A stretch of DNA of 64,000 nucleotides from Alphaproteobacteria bacterium. GTDB lineage: Bacteria > Pseudomonadota > Alphaproteobacteria > SP197. A program made the translations under genes and the position numbers. Below the pieces are notes generated by a model that saw nothing but the letters and a program-made list of their open reading frames with translations, did not search any database and was not told the DNA's origin. Positions 37,785-53,141 of the stretch are shown here, piece by piece. Within the stretch, counting starts at the first letter, position 1; every line of letters starts with the position of its first letter. Location: positions 3,490,575 to 3,554,574 of the forward strand of contig OZ242015.1 of NCBI GenBank assembly GCA_965204785.1, in the 5' to 3' direction.

Positions 37785-38389
37785 TGGTAATCATGGGCGG
37801 TCCTCAGATTGATCGTCTGGCGGCTTTGCTGGCGGGTCTGCCGGGTCTGGGCCCGCGTTCGGCGCGCCGTGCCGTGCTGCATCTTCTCAAGCATCGGGAC
37901 ACGCTCCTGCGCCCCCTTGCCGCGTACCTGGAGCAGACGGCCGATGCAGTCAGTCCGTGCAGGACCTGCGGTAACCTCGATACGGTCGAGCCCTGCAGCG
38001 TGTGCGCGGATCCGCGTCGCGACCGCGGCACCATCTGCGTGGTCGAGGAGGTTGGCGATCTCTGGGCGCTGGAGCGGGCAGGGGTCTTCGGTGGGCTCTA
38101 TCATGTGCTGGGCGGCACCCTTTCCGCGCTCGATGGCGTGGGCCCCGAAGACCTGCGCATCGCCGATCTGGTGCATCGCGCCTCGGCGGGCGACGTCGAG
38201 GAGATCATCCTGGCGACCAACGCCACGGTCGACGGACAGACCACAGCCCATTACGTTACCGACCGTCTGGAGGAGACCGGCGTGAAGATCTCGCGCCTGG
38301 CGCTGGGCGTGCCGGTCGGCGGGGAACTCGACTATCTCGACGAGGGCACTCTAGGTGCGGCGCTGAAATCCCGCCGGGGTGTCTTCTGA
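37784..38389 (+). CDS. recR: Recombination protein RecR
   Basis: [11 protein letters not shown] (HhH), a C4 zinc finger [16 protein letters not shown], and a Toprim domain. Confidence 0.9.
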   Translation: MVIMGGPQIDRLAALLAGLPGLGPRSARRAVLHLLKHRDTLLRPLAAYLEQTADAVSPCRTCGNLDTVEPCSVCADPRRDRGTICVVEEVGDLWALERAGVFGGLYHVLGGTLSALDGVGPEDLRIADLVHRASAGDVEEIILATNATVDGQTTAHYVTDRLEETGVKISRLALGVPVGGELDYLDEGTLGAALKSRRGVF

Positions 38390-38440
38390 CGCAACGCGAA
38401 ACAAACGCCGGGTCTGCTTTTCGCCAAAGTCTTTGTGAAT

Positions 38441-38480
38441 CGTGACTATGCGTGATGAGGCGTGATGAGGCGTGATGGAT
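38441..38480. repeat. Tandem 10-bp repeats (CGTGATGAGG x4, two perfect)
   Basis: cgtgactatg cgtgatgagg cgtgatgagg cgtgatggat lies in the convergent recR/nfeD intergenic region. Confidence 0.5.
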
Positions 38481-38619
38481 CGGGGGCTCAGGGGTGTTTC
38501 CTGAGGGCGCGAGCACCGGATGCCTGACCGACCGACGCCTGTCGGGTGCGCAACGAGACGCTCGAGACGACGGTCAGCGAGGCGATGCAGGCCTGCTGCA
38601 AGGCGCCGCGCTCTGCCGA

Positions 38620-39072
38620 TCAGGCCGAAGGCGGCTTTTCGGACTTCTGCACCACCAGCGCGGTGCCCACGACCTCGGTCACGGTGACCCGGGTGCTTGC
38701 GGGCATGTCGGGGCCAGTGATCTTCCAGGTCGTGTCGGCGACGATCAGCTTGCCCACGCCGTTGACGATGGGCTGGTTGAGCGTGAAACGCCGCCCGATG
38801 TAATGATGGCCGCGCTTGTTGAGCATGGGGTGTTCGCTCTCGGTCTGCCTGGGCTTGAAGCGCCGCCACAGAAACACCGAAACGACCGACAGCGCGGCGA
38901 AGACAAAAAGCTGCACTTCCCAGGTCGCACCCGGAATGAGCGCAACGAGGCCGACCACCGCCGCGGCGGCACCCAGCCACAGGAAGAAGAACGCGCCCGA
39001 GACCGTCAGTTCCAGAATGATCAGGACGACCGCAATGGCCCACCAGTGCCAGTAGAGCAGGGAATCAAACAT
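38620..39072 (-). CDS. NfeD family membrane protein (OB-fold, SPFH partner)
   Basis: An N-terminal TM hairpin and a C-terminal beta domain (VGKLIVADTTWKITGPDMPASTRVTVTEV), positioned downstream of the SPFH genes. Confidence 0.7.
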   Translation of the reverse strand: MFDSLLYWHWWAIAVVLIILELTVSGAFFFLWLGAAAAVVGLVALIPGATWEVQLFVFAALSVVSVFLWRRFKPRQTESEHPMLNKRGHHYIGRRFTLNQPIVNGVGKLIVADTTWKITGPDMPASTRVTVTEVVGTALVVQKSEKPPSA

Positions 39073-39087
39073 GATCGCGGGCCTTCA

Positions 39088-40155
<1,068 letters not shown>

Positions 40156-40159
40156 GCCT

Positions 40160-41131
40160 TTAAACCTCCCCGCCGCGAAGTGTGCGTGCGCCGTCCGCCA
40201 GATCGGCGACACCGCCTACCGTGCCCACGATGCTGGTGGCTTCCAGCGGCAGGAACAGCACCTTCTCACCGGGCGAGCGGGCATAGGCGCCCAGCGCGTC
40301 GATGTAGCGCTGGGCGACGAAATAGTTGATCGCCTGCAGGTTGCCCTCGGCGATGGCCTGGCTCACCTCGTTGGTCGCGAACGCTTCGGCCTCGGCCAGA
40401 CGCTCGCGGGCCTCGGCGTCGCGGAAGGCCGATTCGCGCTCGCCCTCGGCTTTCAGGATCGCGCTCTGCTTCTCGCCTTCCGAGCGCAGAATGTCGGCCT
40501 GACGCACGCCCTCGGCGTCCAGGATGTTGGCGCGCTTGTCGCGTTCGGCCTTCATCTGGCGCGCCATCGACGCCACCAGGTCCTCGGGCGGCTGGATTTT
40601 GAGGATTTCGATGCGTGTGACCTTCACGCCCCAGGTCGAGGTCGCTTCGTCCACCACGGTCAGCAGTTGCGTGTTGATGCGGTCGCGGTGCGAGAGCAGT
40701 TCGTCGAGATCCATCGAGCCCATCACGGTACGGATGTTGGTCATGGAAAGATTCAGGATCGCGCCTTCCAGGTCCGTCACCTCATAGGCCGCCTTGGCCG
40801 ATTCCAGCACCTGGAAGAACAGCACGCCGTCGACCGACACCATGGCGTTGTCGCGCGTGATGATCTCCTGGAGCGGCACGTCGAGCACGTTTTCCATGAC
40901 GTTGATCCTGCGCCCGATGCGGTCGATCAGCGGCACGATGACGTGCAGACCCGGCGACAGCGTCCGCGTGTAGCGGCCGAAACGCACCAGGGTGTATTCG
41001 TAGCCCTGACGCACGGTGACCACCGCCATCGCGACAAAGATGATCGCGAAGGCCGCCAGCATCAGCACAAAGACGGTCGCGCCTTCGATCTCCGGAGTAT
41101 CCAACGTCTTTTCTCCCCAGTCCGGCGCCAC
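40160..41131 (-). CDS. SPFH/band-7 (stomatin-like) protein, copy 2 (tandem paralog)
   Basis: QGYEYTLVRFGRYTRTLSPGLHVIVPLIDRI...AERDKRANILDAEG is highly similar to copy 1, and the two are separated by 4 nt. Confidence 0.8.
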   Translation of the reverse strand: MAPDWGEKTLDTPEIEGATVFVLMLAAFAIIFVAMAVVTVRQGYEYTLVRFGRYTRTLSPGLHVIVPLIDRIGRRINVMENVLDVPLQEIITRDNAMVSVDGVLFFQVLESAKAAYEVTDLEGAILNLSMTNIRTVMGSMDLDELLSHRDRINTQLLTVVDEATSTWGVKVTRIEILKIQPPEDLVASMARQMKAERDKRANILDAEGVRQADILRSEGEKQSAILKAEGERESAFRDAEARERLAEAEAFATNEVSQAIAEGNLQAINYFVAQRYIDALGAYARSPGEKVLFLPLEATSIVGTVGGVADLADGARTLRGGEV

Positions 41132-41170
41132 CCCCGTCGCGCCACCCGGTGTTTCCAGTCGGAGGTGTTT

Positions 41171-42652
41171 CTAGTCGGATTGTTCCACAAGCCTGGGCTC
41201 CGGGACACCGTTATCGTCATCCTCGGTATCCTCGGTGTCCTCGCTCACATCGCCCTCGATGAAGCTGGTGGCGTCGAACTTGGTGACTTCGAAGGCCGTC
41301 AGGTTTTGGATCTGGCCCTTGTGTTTCTGCGGGCGCACGCCCAGGCCGACCAGCGCGCGCGAACGCGGCAGCAGGCGGCCGTTGACCGAGGAGGTGAACT
41401 TCTTGAAGTGGTTGGCGGCGCTTTCCAGACCGCTGCCCACCCTTTCGGCATGGTTCAGCGCGACCACCACGCTGTCGAGCAGCAGGCGTGTGGACTCCAC
41501 GATCTTCTCCTGGTTGTCGGCCTGACGTCCCAGATCGATGTTGAAGCTGGCGACCGCGATCAGGTTGTGCAGGCCGGATGGGCCGACCGGCACGATGTGG
41601 TTGGCTTTCGCAAGCCGGGCGAACTCCGGATCGGCCTTGTTGAGCCGTTCGATGGCCGCTTCGCTGGGCAGATACATCGCTGTCATGATCCTGCGAAACT
41701 CGTCGCCGCGTCCGGCCGCGCGATAGGTCTCGCGGATCGCGCTGGCGTAATCCTTGTTCGAGAGATCGCGCAGATGCCGCGCCATGGTCTTGCCCAGGCC
41801 GGCATAGGCCTCCTCTTCCTCCTCCGTGCCTTCCATTTCGGCGACTTCCAGGAAGAACTTCGAGGCCTTGCTGTCGATCACCAGGGCGGCGTCGCCGGGC
41901 AGAAAGACCACGGCGTCGGGGCGCAGCTTGCCGCCGTCCTCGCCCAGGGTGGTGTGCTGCATGACGAAATCGCGCTCGGCCTGCAGGCCGAAGGATCTCA
42001 GCGTGTTCTCCAGCCCGATCTCCGCGAAGTGACCGGCACCGCCGGGGCTGGTCAGCGCCCGCATTACCGTTTCGACCGATCCGCGGTTCTTGTCGACGTC
42101 CTCGGAGAGCGTATGCACGTTCTTCACGATGTTCTCGAAGTTCTGCTGCAGGTCTTGCGTCACCTTGGTGACGCGTTCCTCGTTGGCCTTGGCCGCCTTC
42201 TCACTCTCGCGCCTGTGTTCGGCCATCAGCTGCTCGCTCAGTTCACGCGAGGAGGTGAGGGCCGCGGCCTTGGCCGCTTCGATGCTCTGGTTCTTTGCGG
42301 TTTCCCAGTCGGTGATGCGCTTTTCGATGTCGGCGAGTTGCTGGCGCGCGACAGCACCGGCCTGTTCGGCCTCGTGGCGCGCGGCCATGGCCTCCTTGCG
42401 TTCGGTGCGCAGGTTGGCGCCTTCCTGTTCCAGGGACTCAATGGCGCTCCGGGCGTTTTCCAGGCGTGTCTCGACCTGCACGCGCAATTGGACGGCCTCA
42501 TCCAGCCGTTTCTGAAGCCCGTCCTGCTCACGTTCCAGGCGTTCGGCGCGCTCGCGGTGCTCGGCGGCTGCGCCGCCGCGCATCTTCCAGATGACCAGCA
42601 GGGCAAGGCCCGCGATGGCGGCCAGCATGATGATTTCGGTGGTTTCCAACAC
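41171..42652 (-). CDS. rmuC: DNA recombination protein RmuC
   Basis: An N-terminal TM segment, a long coiled-coil, and a C-terminal RmuC nuclease-like domain (PDAVVFLPGDAALVIDSKA). Confidence 0.8.
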   Translation of the reverse strand: MLETTEIIMLAAIAGLALLVIWKMRGGAAAEHRERAERLEREQDGLQKRLDEAVQLRVQVETRLENARSAIESLEQEGANLRTERKEAMAARHEAEQAGAVARQQLADIEKRITDWETAKNQSIEAAKAAALTSSRELSEQLMAEHRRESEKAAKANEERVTKVTQDLQQNFENIVKNVHTLSEDVDKNRGSVETVMRALTSPGGAGHFAEIGLENTLRSFGLQAERDFVMQHTTLGEDGGKLRPDAVVFLPGDAALVIDSKASKFFLEVAEMEGTEEEEEAYAGLGKTMARHLRDLSNKDYASAIRETYRAAGRGDEFRRIMTAMYLPSEAAIERLNKADPEFARLAKANHIVPVGPSGLHNLIAVASFNIDLGRQADNQEKIVESTRLLLDSVVVALNHAERVGSGLESAANHFKKFTSSVNGRLLPRSRALVGLGVRPQKHKGQIQNLTAFEVTKFDATSFIEGDVSEDTEDTEDDDNGVPEPRLVEQSD

Positions 42653-42759
42653 TTCGACTTCTCCCCTGCGGCCTTGAACCGGACCCGTCCGGCCCTTACT
42701 TAAGCCATCTGCCGCCAGTATAGTACGGCCGGCCGCGCCAACGAAGCAAAGTCATCCCG

Positions 42760-43284
42760 ATGTCCGTCATGCCGATCATCCGGGCTCCCGACCCGCGTCT
42801 GAAAGCCGTTTCCGAGCCCGTGGAAACGTTCGATGACGCCGTGTTGAAGCTCATGGAGGACATGCTCGAGACGATGTACGACGAGCCGGGCATCGGGCTT
42901 TCGGCCATCCAGGTCGGCATTCCCAAACGCATCGTCGTCGTCGATGTCGCGCGCGAGGGCGGGGAGTCCCGGCCGATCCGTCTCGTGAATCCCGTGATCA
43001 CCTCGGAATCGGACGATCTCGCCGTCTTCGACGAGGGCTGCCTCTCGCTGCCCGAGTTCTTTGCCGAGATCGAGCGCCCCGCCGGGGTCGAGGTCGCCTA
43101 TACCGACGAAACCGGCGCGGAAACGACGCTGAAGGCCGACGGCGTGCTGGCGCGCTGCCTGCAGCACGAGATCGACCATCTCGATGGCATTCTCTTCGTC
43201 GATCACCTCTCGGCGGTGCGTCGGGGCATGATCCTGCGCAAGCTCGCCAAGCTGAAGAAATCGAAGCTGCGCGAGAGCGCGTGA
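42760..43284 (+). CDS. def: Peptide deformylase
   Basis: The motifs GIGLSAIQVG, EGCLS and HEIDHLDG are present. Confidence 0.9.
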   Translation: MSVMPIIRAPDPRLKAVSEPVETFDDAVLKLMEDMLETMYDEPGIGLSAIQVGIPKRIVVVDVAREGGESRPIRLVNPVITSESDDLAVFDEGCLSLPEFFAEIERPAGVEVAYTDETGAETTLKADGVLARCLQHEIDHLDGILFVDHLSAVRRGMILRKLAKLKKSKLRESA

Positions 43285-43289
43285 GCGGG

Positions 43290-44204
43290 ATGCGCCTCGT
43301 CTTCATGGGCGCGGCCGCCTTCGCGGTGCCCGCGCTCGACGCGCTGGCGTCCTGCGATCACATCATCGCCGCGGTCTACAGCCCGCCGCCCCGACCGGCA
43401 GGCAGGGGGCGCAAGGAGCGGCGCACGCCGGTTCACGAACGCGCCCTGGAACTCGGTCTGGAGGTCCGCACGCCGGTTTCCCTGCGCAATGCCGAAGAGC
43501 AGGCGGCGTTCCGCGCGCTCGATCCCGATGCCGCGGTGGTCGCGGCCTACGGCCTGCTGCTCCCCGCGGCGATCCTGGATGCGCCGCGCCTGGGCTGTAT
43601 CAACGTCCATCCCGCGCTGCTGCCGCGCTGGCGCGGCGCCGCACCGGCCGCCCACGCCATTCTTGCGGGCGATGCGCAAACCGGCATGACGATCATGGAG
43701 ATGGACGAGGGCCTCGATACCGGGCCCATCCTGGCCCAGCAGGCCGTGCCCATGCCGCCGCGCGCCACGACCGCAAGCCTGGAAGCCGAACTCGCCGTCC
43801 TGGGCGGCACGATGCTGCTGCAGGTCCTGGACCATCTCGCCGTCGGCACGGCCACGCGCCGGGTGCAGGACAACGACGCCGCGACCTATGCCGGCAAATT
43901 CACCAAGGACCACGGACGCATCGACTGGTCGCAGCCTGCCGATGCGCTCGACCGCCTCGTGCGCGCACTCTCGCCCTGGCCCGGCGCGTTCTTCGATCTG
44001 GGCGATACGACGGTCAAGGTTCTCCAGGCCGAGCCCGTCGCGGGCTCAGGCGCGCCGGGGACGCTGCTCGACCGCGACATGACGGTCGCCACGGGTTCGG
44101 GCGGCCTGCGCCTCCTCAAGGTTCGGCGTGCGGGCAGGCCCGCGACGGACGGGGCCTCGTTCCTGCGCGGGCAGCGACTCGACCCCGGCGCGGTGCTGGC
44201 CTGA
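43290..44204 (+). CDS. fmt: Methionyl-tRNA formyltransferase
   Basis: [16 protein letters not shown]..., with the HPSLLP-type motif [16 protein letters not shown]. Confidence 0.9.
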   Translation: MRLVFMGAAAFAVPALDALASCDHIIAAVYSPPPRPAGRGRKERRTPVHERALELGLEVRTPVSLRNAEEQAAFRALDPDAAVVAAYGLLLPAAILDAPRLGCINVHPALLPRWRGAAPAAHAILAGDAQTGMTIMEMDEGLDTGPILAQQAVPMPPRATTASLEAELAVLGGTMLLQVLDHLAVGTATRRVQDNDAATYAGKFTKDHGRIDWSQPADALDRLVRALSPWPGAFFDLGDTTVKVLQAEPVAGSGAPGTLLDRDMTVATGSGGLRLLKVRRAGRPATDGASFLRGQRLDPGAVLA

Positions 44205-44208
44205 GACG

Positions 44209-44949
44209 ATGCCGCGCTACCGCCTCACCATTGAATACGACGGCACCGGTTGCGTTGGCTGGCAGCGCCAGGAGAACGGGCCTTCGATCCAGCAGGCGCT
44301 GGAAGAATCGATCCACGCCTTCTGCGGGGACACCGTTACGCTGGCCGCCGCCGGACGCACCGATTCCGGCGTGCACGCCCTGGGCCAGGTCGCGCATGTC
44401 GATCTCGCCCGCGACTGGCCCGCCGAAACGGTGCGCAACGCGGTCAACCGGCATCTGCGGCCCCGACCCGTCGCCGTCATCGAGGCATCACGGGTCGGCG
44501 ATGACTTTCATGCCCGCTTCGATGCAGTCGAACGGCTCTACCGCTATCGCATCGTGACGCGCCGCGCGCCGCTTGCGCTCGAACGGGGCCGCGCCTGGCA
44601 CGTTCCGCGCGATCTCGATGCCCGGGCCATGGACGCGGCGGCGCAATGCCTGACTGGCGACCATGACTTCTCGACCTTCCGCGATGCCCAGTGCCAGGCG
44701 AAGTCGCCGGTAAAGACGCTCGATCGACTCTCGGTCGCCCGGGAGGGGGACGCGGTTACGGTCACCGCGCGCGCGCGCTCGTTCCTGCACCGGCAGGTGC
44801 GCGGCATGGTGGGGTCGCTTTCCCATGTCGGCGAAGGCAAGTGGTCGGCGGACGACCTGCGCGCCGCACTCGATGCCCGCGACCGCGCCGCCTGCGGCGT
44901 CATCGCCCCGGCCTGCGGGCTGTATCTGGTGGGCGTGCGCTATCCCTGA
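44209..44949 (+). CDS. truA: tRNA pseudouridine(38-40) synthase
   Basis: [21 protein letters not shown]...[16 protein letters not shown] carries the catalytic Asp in RTDSGVHA. Confidence 0.9.
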   Translation: MPRYRLTIEYDGTGCVGWQRQENGPSIQQALEESIHAFCGDTVTLAAAGRTDSGVHALGQVAHVDLARDWPAETVRNAVNRHLRPRPVAVIEASRVGDDFHARFDAVERLYRYRIVTRRAPLALERGRAWHVPRDLDARAMDAAAQCLTGDHDFSTFRDAQCQAKSPVKTLDRLSVAREGDAVTVTARARSFLHRQVRGMVGSLSHVGEGKWSADDLRAALDARDRAACGVIAPACGLYLVGVRYP

Positions 44950-45108
44950 AACGCATGGCAGCGCATCCTTGCGCCATATCGGGGTCAGTCGGTGTTCAAG
45001 CCCATCTTCCCCTGGCTTCAGTCCCACCGGGCATCATGCAGACGCCAGTAGACCGCCGTTCCGACGAGTGGAGAGTTTTCCGGGATCACGTCGAAGGGCG
45101 TGTCGCCA

Positions 45109-47115
45109 TCAGTCGAAGGGCGTGTCGCCATCCTTATCCCGTGCGCCCGGATCGGCGCCGGCGTCGAGAAGCGCCTCGATGGCCTCTGCATGGCCATAAC
45201 GGGCCGCCCGGTGCAGCGGGGTCTCGCCATCCTTATCCCGTGCGTCCGGATCGGCGCCGGCGTCGAGAAGCGCCCCGATGGCCTCTGCATCGCCCGAACC
45301 GGCTGCATCGTGCAGCGGGGTCTCGCCAAAATAATCCCGTTCGCCCGGATCGGCGCCGGCGTCGAGAAGCGCCCCGATGGCCTCTGCATCGCCCAAACCG
45401 GCCGCCCGGTGCAGCGGGGTGATGTCATATTTACTCCGTGCGCCCGGATCGGCGCCGACGGCGAGAAGCGCCCCGATGGCCTCTACACAGCCCGAGCCGG
45501 CCGCAAAGTGCAGCGGGGTGCGGTCATCATGATCCCGTGCGCCCGGGTCGGCGCCGGCGTCGAGAAGCGCCCCGATGGCCTCTGCATGGCCATCACGGGC
45601 CGCCACGTGCAGCGGGGTTCCACCATTATTACCCCGTACGCCTAGATCGGCATTACTCCGTTCGCCCGGATCGGCGCCGGCGTCGAGAAGCGCCCCGATG
45701 GCCTCTGCATCGCCCTTACGGGCCGCCCAGTGCAGCGGGGTCTCGCCATCATCATCCCGTGCGTCCGGATCGGCGCCGGCGTCGAGAAGCGCCCCGATGG
45801 CCTCTGCATCGCCCGAACCGGCCGCCCGGTGCAGCGGGGTGGAGCCATAATTATTCCGTTCGCCCGGATCGGCGCCGGCGTCGAGAAGCGCCCCGATGGC
45901 CTCTGCATCGCCCTTACGGACCGCCCGGTGCAGCGGGGTGTTGCCACGAGTATCCCGTGCGCCCGGATCGGCGCCGGCGTCGAGAAGCGCCCCGATGGCC
46001 TCTGCATCGCCCGAACCGGCCGCAAAGTGCAGCGGGGTGTGGTCAAAATACCCAGTCCGTGCGTCCGGATCGGCGCCGGCGTCGAGAAGCGCCCCGATGG
46101 CCTCTGCATCGCCCGAACCGGCCGCAAAGTGCAGCGGGGTCTCGCTATCCCTATCCCGTGCGCCCGGATCGGCGCCGGCGTCGAGAAGCGCCCCGATGGC
46201 CTCTGCATCGCCCGAACCGGCCGCAAAGTGCAGCGGGGTGTCGCCAGCATCATCCCGTGCGCCCGGATCGGCGCCGGCGTCGAGAAGCGCCCCGATGGCC
46301 TCTGCATCGCCCGAACCGGCCGCAAAGTGCAGCGGGGTGTTGTCATTATGACCCCGTGCGTCCGGATCGGCGCCGGCGTCGAGAAGCGCCCCGATGGCCT
46401 CTGCATCGCCCGAACCGGCCGCAAAGTGCAGCGGGGTGTCGCCAGCATCATCCCGTGCGCCCGGATCGGCGCCGGCGTCGAGAAGCGCCTCGATGGCTTC
46501 TGCATCGCCCAAACCGGCCGCCCGGTGCAGCGGGTTGTGGTCATTATGACCCCCGGCGCCGGCGTCGAGAAGCGCCCCGATGGCCTCTGCATGGCCCTTA
46601 CGGACCGCCACGTGCAGCGGGGTGTCGCCATCATCATCCCGTGCGCCCGGGTCGGCGCCGGCGTCGAGAAGCGCCCCGATGGCCTCTGCATGGCCCTTCT
46701 CGGCCGCCCGGTGCAGCGGGGTGTCGCCATCATTATCCCGTGCGCCCGGGTCGGCGCCGGCGTCGAGAAGCGCCCCGATGGCCTCTGCATCGCCCGAACC
46801 GGCCGCCCAGTGCAGCGGGGTGTCGCCAAAAAACTCAGTCCGTGCGCCCGGATCGGCGCCGGCGTCGAGAAGCGCCCCGATGGCCTCTGCATCGCCCGAA
46901 CCGACCGCCCGGTGCAGCGGGGTCCAGCCATCAATATCCTGTGCGCCCGGGTCGGCGCCGGCGGCCAGGCATTCGCGCACCCGTTCGCCATCCGCTTTCT
47001 CGAAGAAAGCCTCAGTATTCCAGGCATCACATCCCGACGCGGCGCCGGCGGCCTGCCCAAGCGATGCGACGCCGACGATCACGGCCCACCTGACGGCCCA
47101 CCTGATCCATTGCAT
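45109..47115 (-). CDS. Ankyrin-repeat protein, putative secreted/lipoprotein, ~18 ANK repeats (copy 1)
   Basis: The signal peptide [29 protein letters not shown] is lipobox-like. Repeats of consensus DGxTPLHxAAxxGHAEAIGALLDAGADPGARD follow. The C-terminus is truncated at DGDTPFD* by a 22-bp tandem duplication at 45090-45133. The native frame would end at 45018. Confidence 0.8.
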   Translation of the reverse strand: MQWIRWAVRWAVIVGVASLGQAAGAASGCDAWNTEAFFEKADGERVRECLAAGADPGAQDIDGWTPLHRAVGSGDAEAIGALLDAGADPGARTEFFGDTPLHWAAGSGDAEAIGALLDAGADPGARDNDGDTPLHRAAEKGHAEAIGALLDAGADPGARDDDGDTPLHVAVRKGHAEAIGALLDAGAGGHNDHNPLHRAAGLGDAEAIEALLDAGADPGARDDAGDTPLHFAAGSGDAEAIGALLDAGADPDARGHNDNTPLHFAAGSGDAEAIGALLDAGADPGARDDAGDTPLHFAAGSGDAEAIGALLDAGADPGARDRDSETPLHFAAGSGDAEAIGALLDAGADPDARTGYFDHTPLHFAAGSGDAEAIGALLDAGADPGARDTRGNTPLHRAVRKGDAEAIGALLDAGADPGERNNYGSTPLHRAAGSGDAEAIGALLDAGADPDARDDDGETPLHWAARKGDAEAIGALLDAGADPGERSNADLGVRGNNGGTPLHVAARDGHAEAIGALLDAGADPGARDHDDRTPLHFAAGSGCVEAIGALLAVGADPGARSKYDITPLHRAAGLGDAEAIGALLDAGADPGERDYFGETPLHDAAGSGDAEAIGALLDAGADPDARDKDGETPLHRAARYGHAEAIEALLDAGADPGARDKDGDTPFD

Positions 47116-47495
47116 ATGCCATGCCTCCGCAGCTTTCCTTCACCCGTCCGCCACAGGGTGGCATGTCCCGGAAAACCTGGCAATGGCATACAGCGGGCAT
47201 CGAAAGCAGGTGCTGCCCCCGCTGCAAGGAGGCCGGGATCAAGGTGATCCACAAGTGCACATCCGTGCGTCACGCGCGCTGAAGGCGCAATCGATCGGCT
47301 GTGATGCGGTGTCCGCAGACGGCTTGAAGGCATGCTGTCGGGCTGACGATACCCGTCGCAACGTTCGGTGCCGGTGCGCTCGTGCCGGGAAGGCCATGGC
47401 CTGATCGAGGCAGGCCATGGCGAAACTTCCTTCCCGATCTTTACCTTGCGCCATATCGGGGTCAGTCGGTGTTCAAGCCCATCTTCTCCCTGGCT

Positions 47496-49747
<2,252 letters not shown>

Positions 49748-49949
49748 TGATCGAGGCAGGCCATGGCGAAACGTCCTTCCCGATCTTTCCTTGCGCCATA
49801 TCGGGGTCAGTCGGTGTTCAAGCCCATCTTCCCCTGGCTTCAGTTCCACCAGGCATCATACAGGCGACCAGGCATCATGCAGGCGCCAGTAGACCGCCGT
49901 TCCGACGAGTGGAGAGTTTGCCGGGATCACGTCGAAGGGCGTGTCGCCA

Positions 49950-50839
<890 letters not shown>

Positions 50840-50947
50840 TGATCGAGGCAGGCCATGGCGAAACGTCCTTCCCGATCTTTCCTTGCGCCATATCGGGGTC
50901 AGTCGGTGTTCAAGCCCATCTTCCCCTGGCTTCAGTTCCACCAGGCA

Positions 50948-52011
<1,064 letters not shown>

Positions 52012-52109
52012 TGATCGAGGCAGGCCATGGCGAAACGTCCTTCCCGATCTTTCCTTGCGCCATATCGGGGTCAGTCGGTGTTCAAGCCCATCTTCCCCTG
52101 GCTTCAGTT

Positions 52110-53141
52110 CTACCGGGCATCATGCAAACGCCGGTAGACCGCCGTTCCGACGAGTGGAGAGTTTGCCGGGATCACGTCGAAGGGCGTGTCGCCATCATTA
52201 TCCCGTGCGCCCGGGTCGGCGCCGGCGGCGAGAAGCACCCCGATGGCCTCTGCATGGCCTTCATTGGCCGCCCAGTGCAGCGGGGTGTAGCCATATACAT
52301 CCTGTGCGCCCGGATCGGCGCCGCCGGCGAGAAGCGCCCCGATGGTCTCTGCATGGCCCCAATAGGCCGCCCAGTGCAGCGGGGTGTCGCTATCATTATT
52401 CCGTGCGCCCGGATCGGCGCCGGCGTCGAGAAGCGCCCCGATGGCCTCTGCATCGCCCCAAGCGGCCGCCTCGTGCAGCGGGGTGTTGCCATCCTTAGTC
52501 CGTGCGCCCGGATCGGCGCCGGCGTCGAGAAGCGCCCCGATGGCCTCTGCATCGCCAAAACCGGCCGCAGCGTGCAGCGGGGTGTTGCCATAATGACTCC
52601 GTGCGCCCGGATCGGCGCCGGCGTCGAGAAGCGCCCCGATGGCCTCTGCATCGCCCAAACCGGCCGCCCGGTGCAGCGGGGTCTCGCCAGCATCATCCCG
52701 TGCGCCCGGGTCGGCGCCGGCGTCGAGAAGCGCCCCGATGGCCTCTGCATGGCCCCAATAGGCCGCCCAGTGCAGCGGGGTGCCGCCATATACATCCTGT
52801 GCGCCCGGGTCGGCGCCGGCGGCCAGGCATTCGCGCACCAGTTCGCCATCCGCTTTCTCGAAGAAAGCCTCAGTATTCCAGGCATCACATCCCGGATCGT
52901 CGAGGGCGTCGAGAAGCGCCCCGATGGCCTCTGCATCATGGTCCGCCAAGTGCAGCGGGGTTATGCCATCATCATCCCGTGCGCCCGGATCGGCGCCGGC
53001 GGCCAGGCATTCGCGCACCCGTTCGCCATCCGCTTTCTCGAAGAAACCCCGAGTATTCCAGGCATCACATCCCGATGCGGCGCCGGCGGCCTGCCCAAGC
53101 GATGCGACGCCGACGATCACGGCCCACCTGATCCATTTCAT
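52110..53141 (-). CDS. Ankyrin-repeat protein, ~8 repeats with an internally duplicated N-terminal module (copy 5)
   Basis: The start is MKWIRWAVIVGVASLG..., which is the 12-bp-shorter signal peptide. The segment GCDAWNT.FFEKADGE.VRECLAAGADPGA occurs twice. Confidence 0.8.
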   Translation of the reverse strand: MKWIRWAVIVGVASLGQAAGAASGCDAWNTRGFFEKADGERVRECLAAGADPGARDDDGITPLHLADHDAEAIGALLDALDDPGCDAWNTEAFFEKADGELVRECLAAGADPGAQDVYGGTPLHWAAYWGHAEAIGALLDAGADPGARDDAGETPLHRAAGLGDAEAIGALLDAGADPGARSHYGNTPLHAAAGFGDAEAIGALLDAGADPGARTKDGNTPLHEAAAWGDAEAIGALLDAGADPGARNNDSDTPLHWAAYWGHAETIGALLAGGADPGAQDVYGYTPLHWAANEGHAEAIGVLLAAGADPGARDNDGDTPFDVIPANSPLVGTAVYRRLHDAR

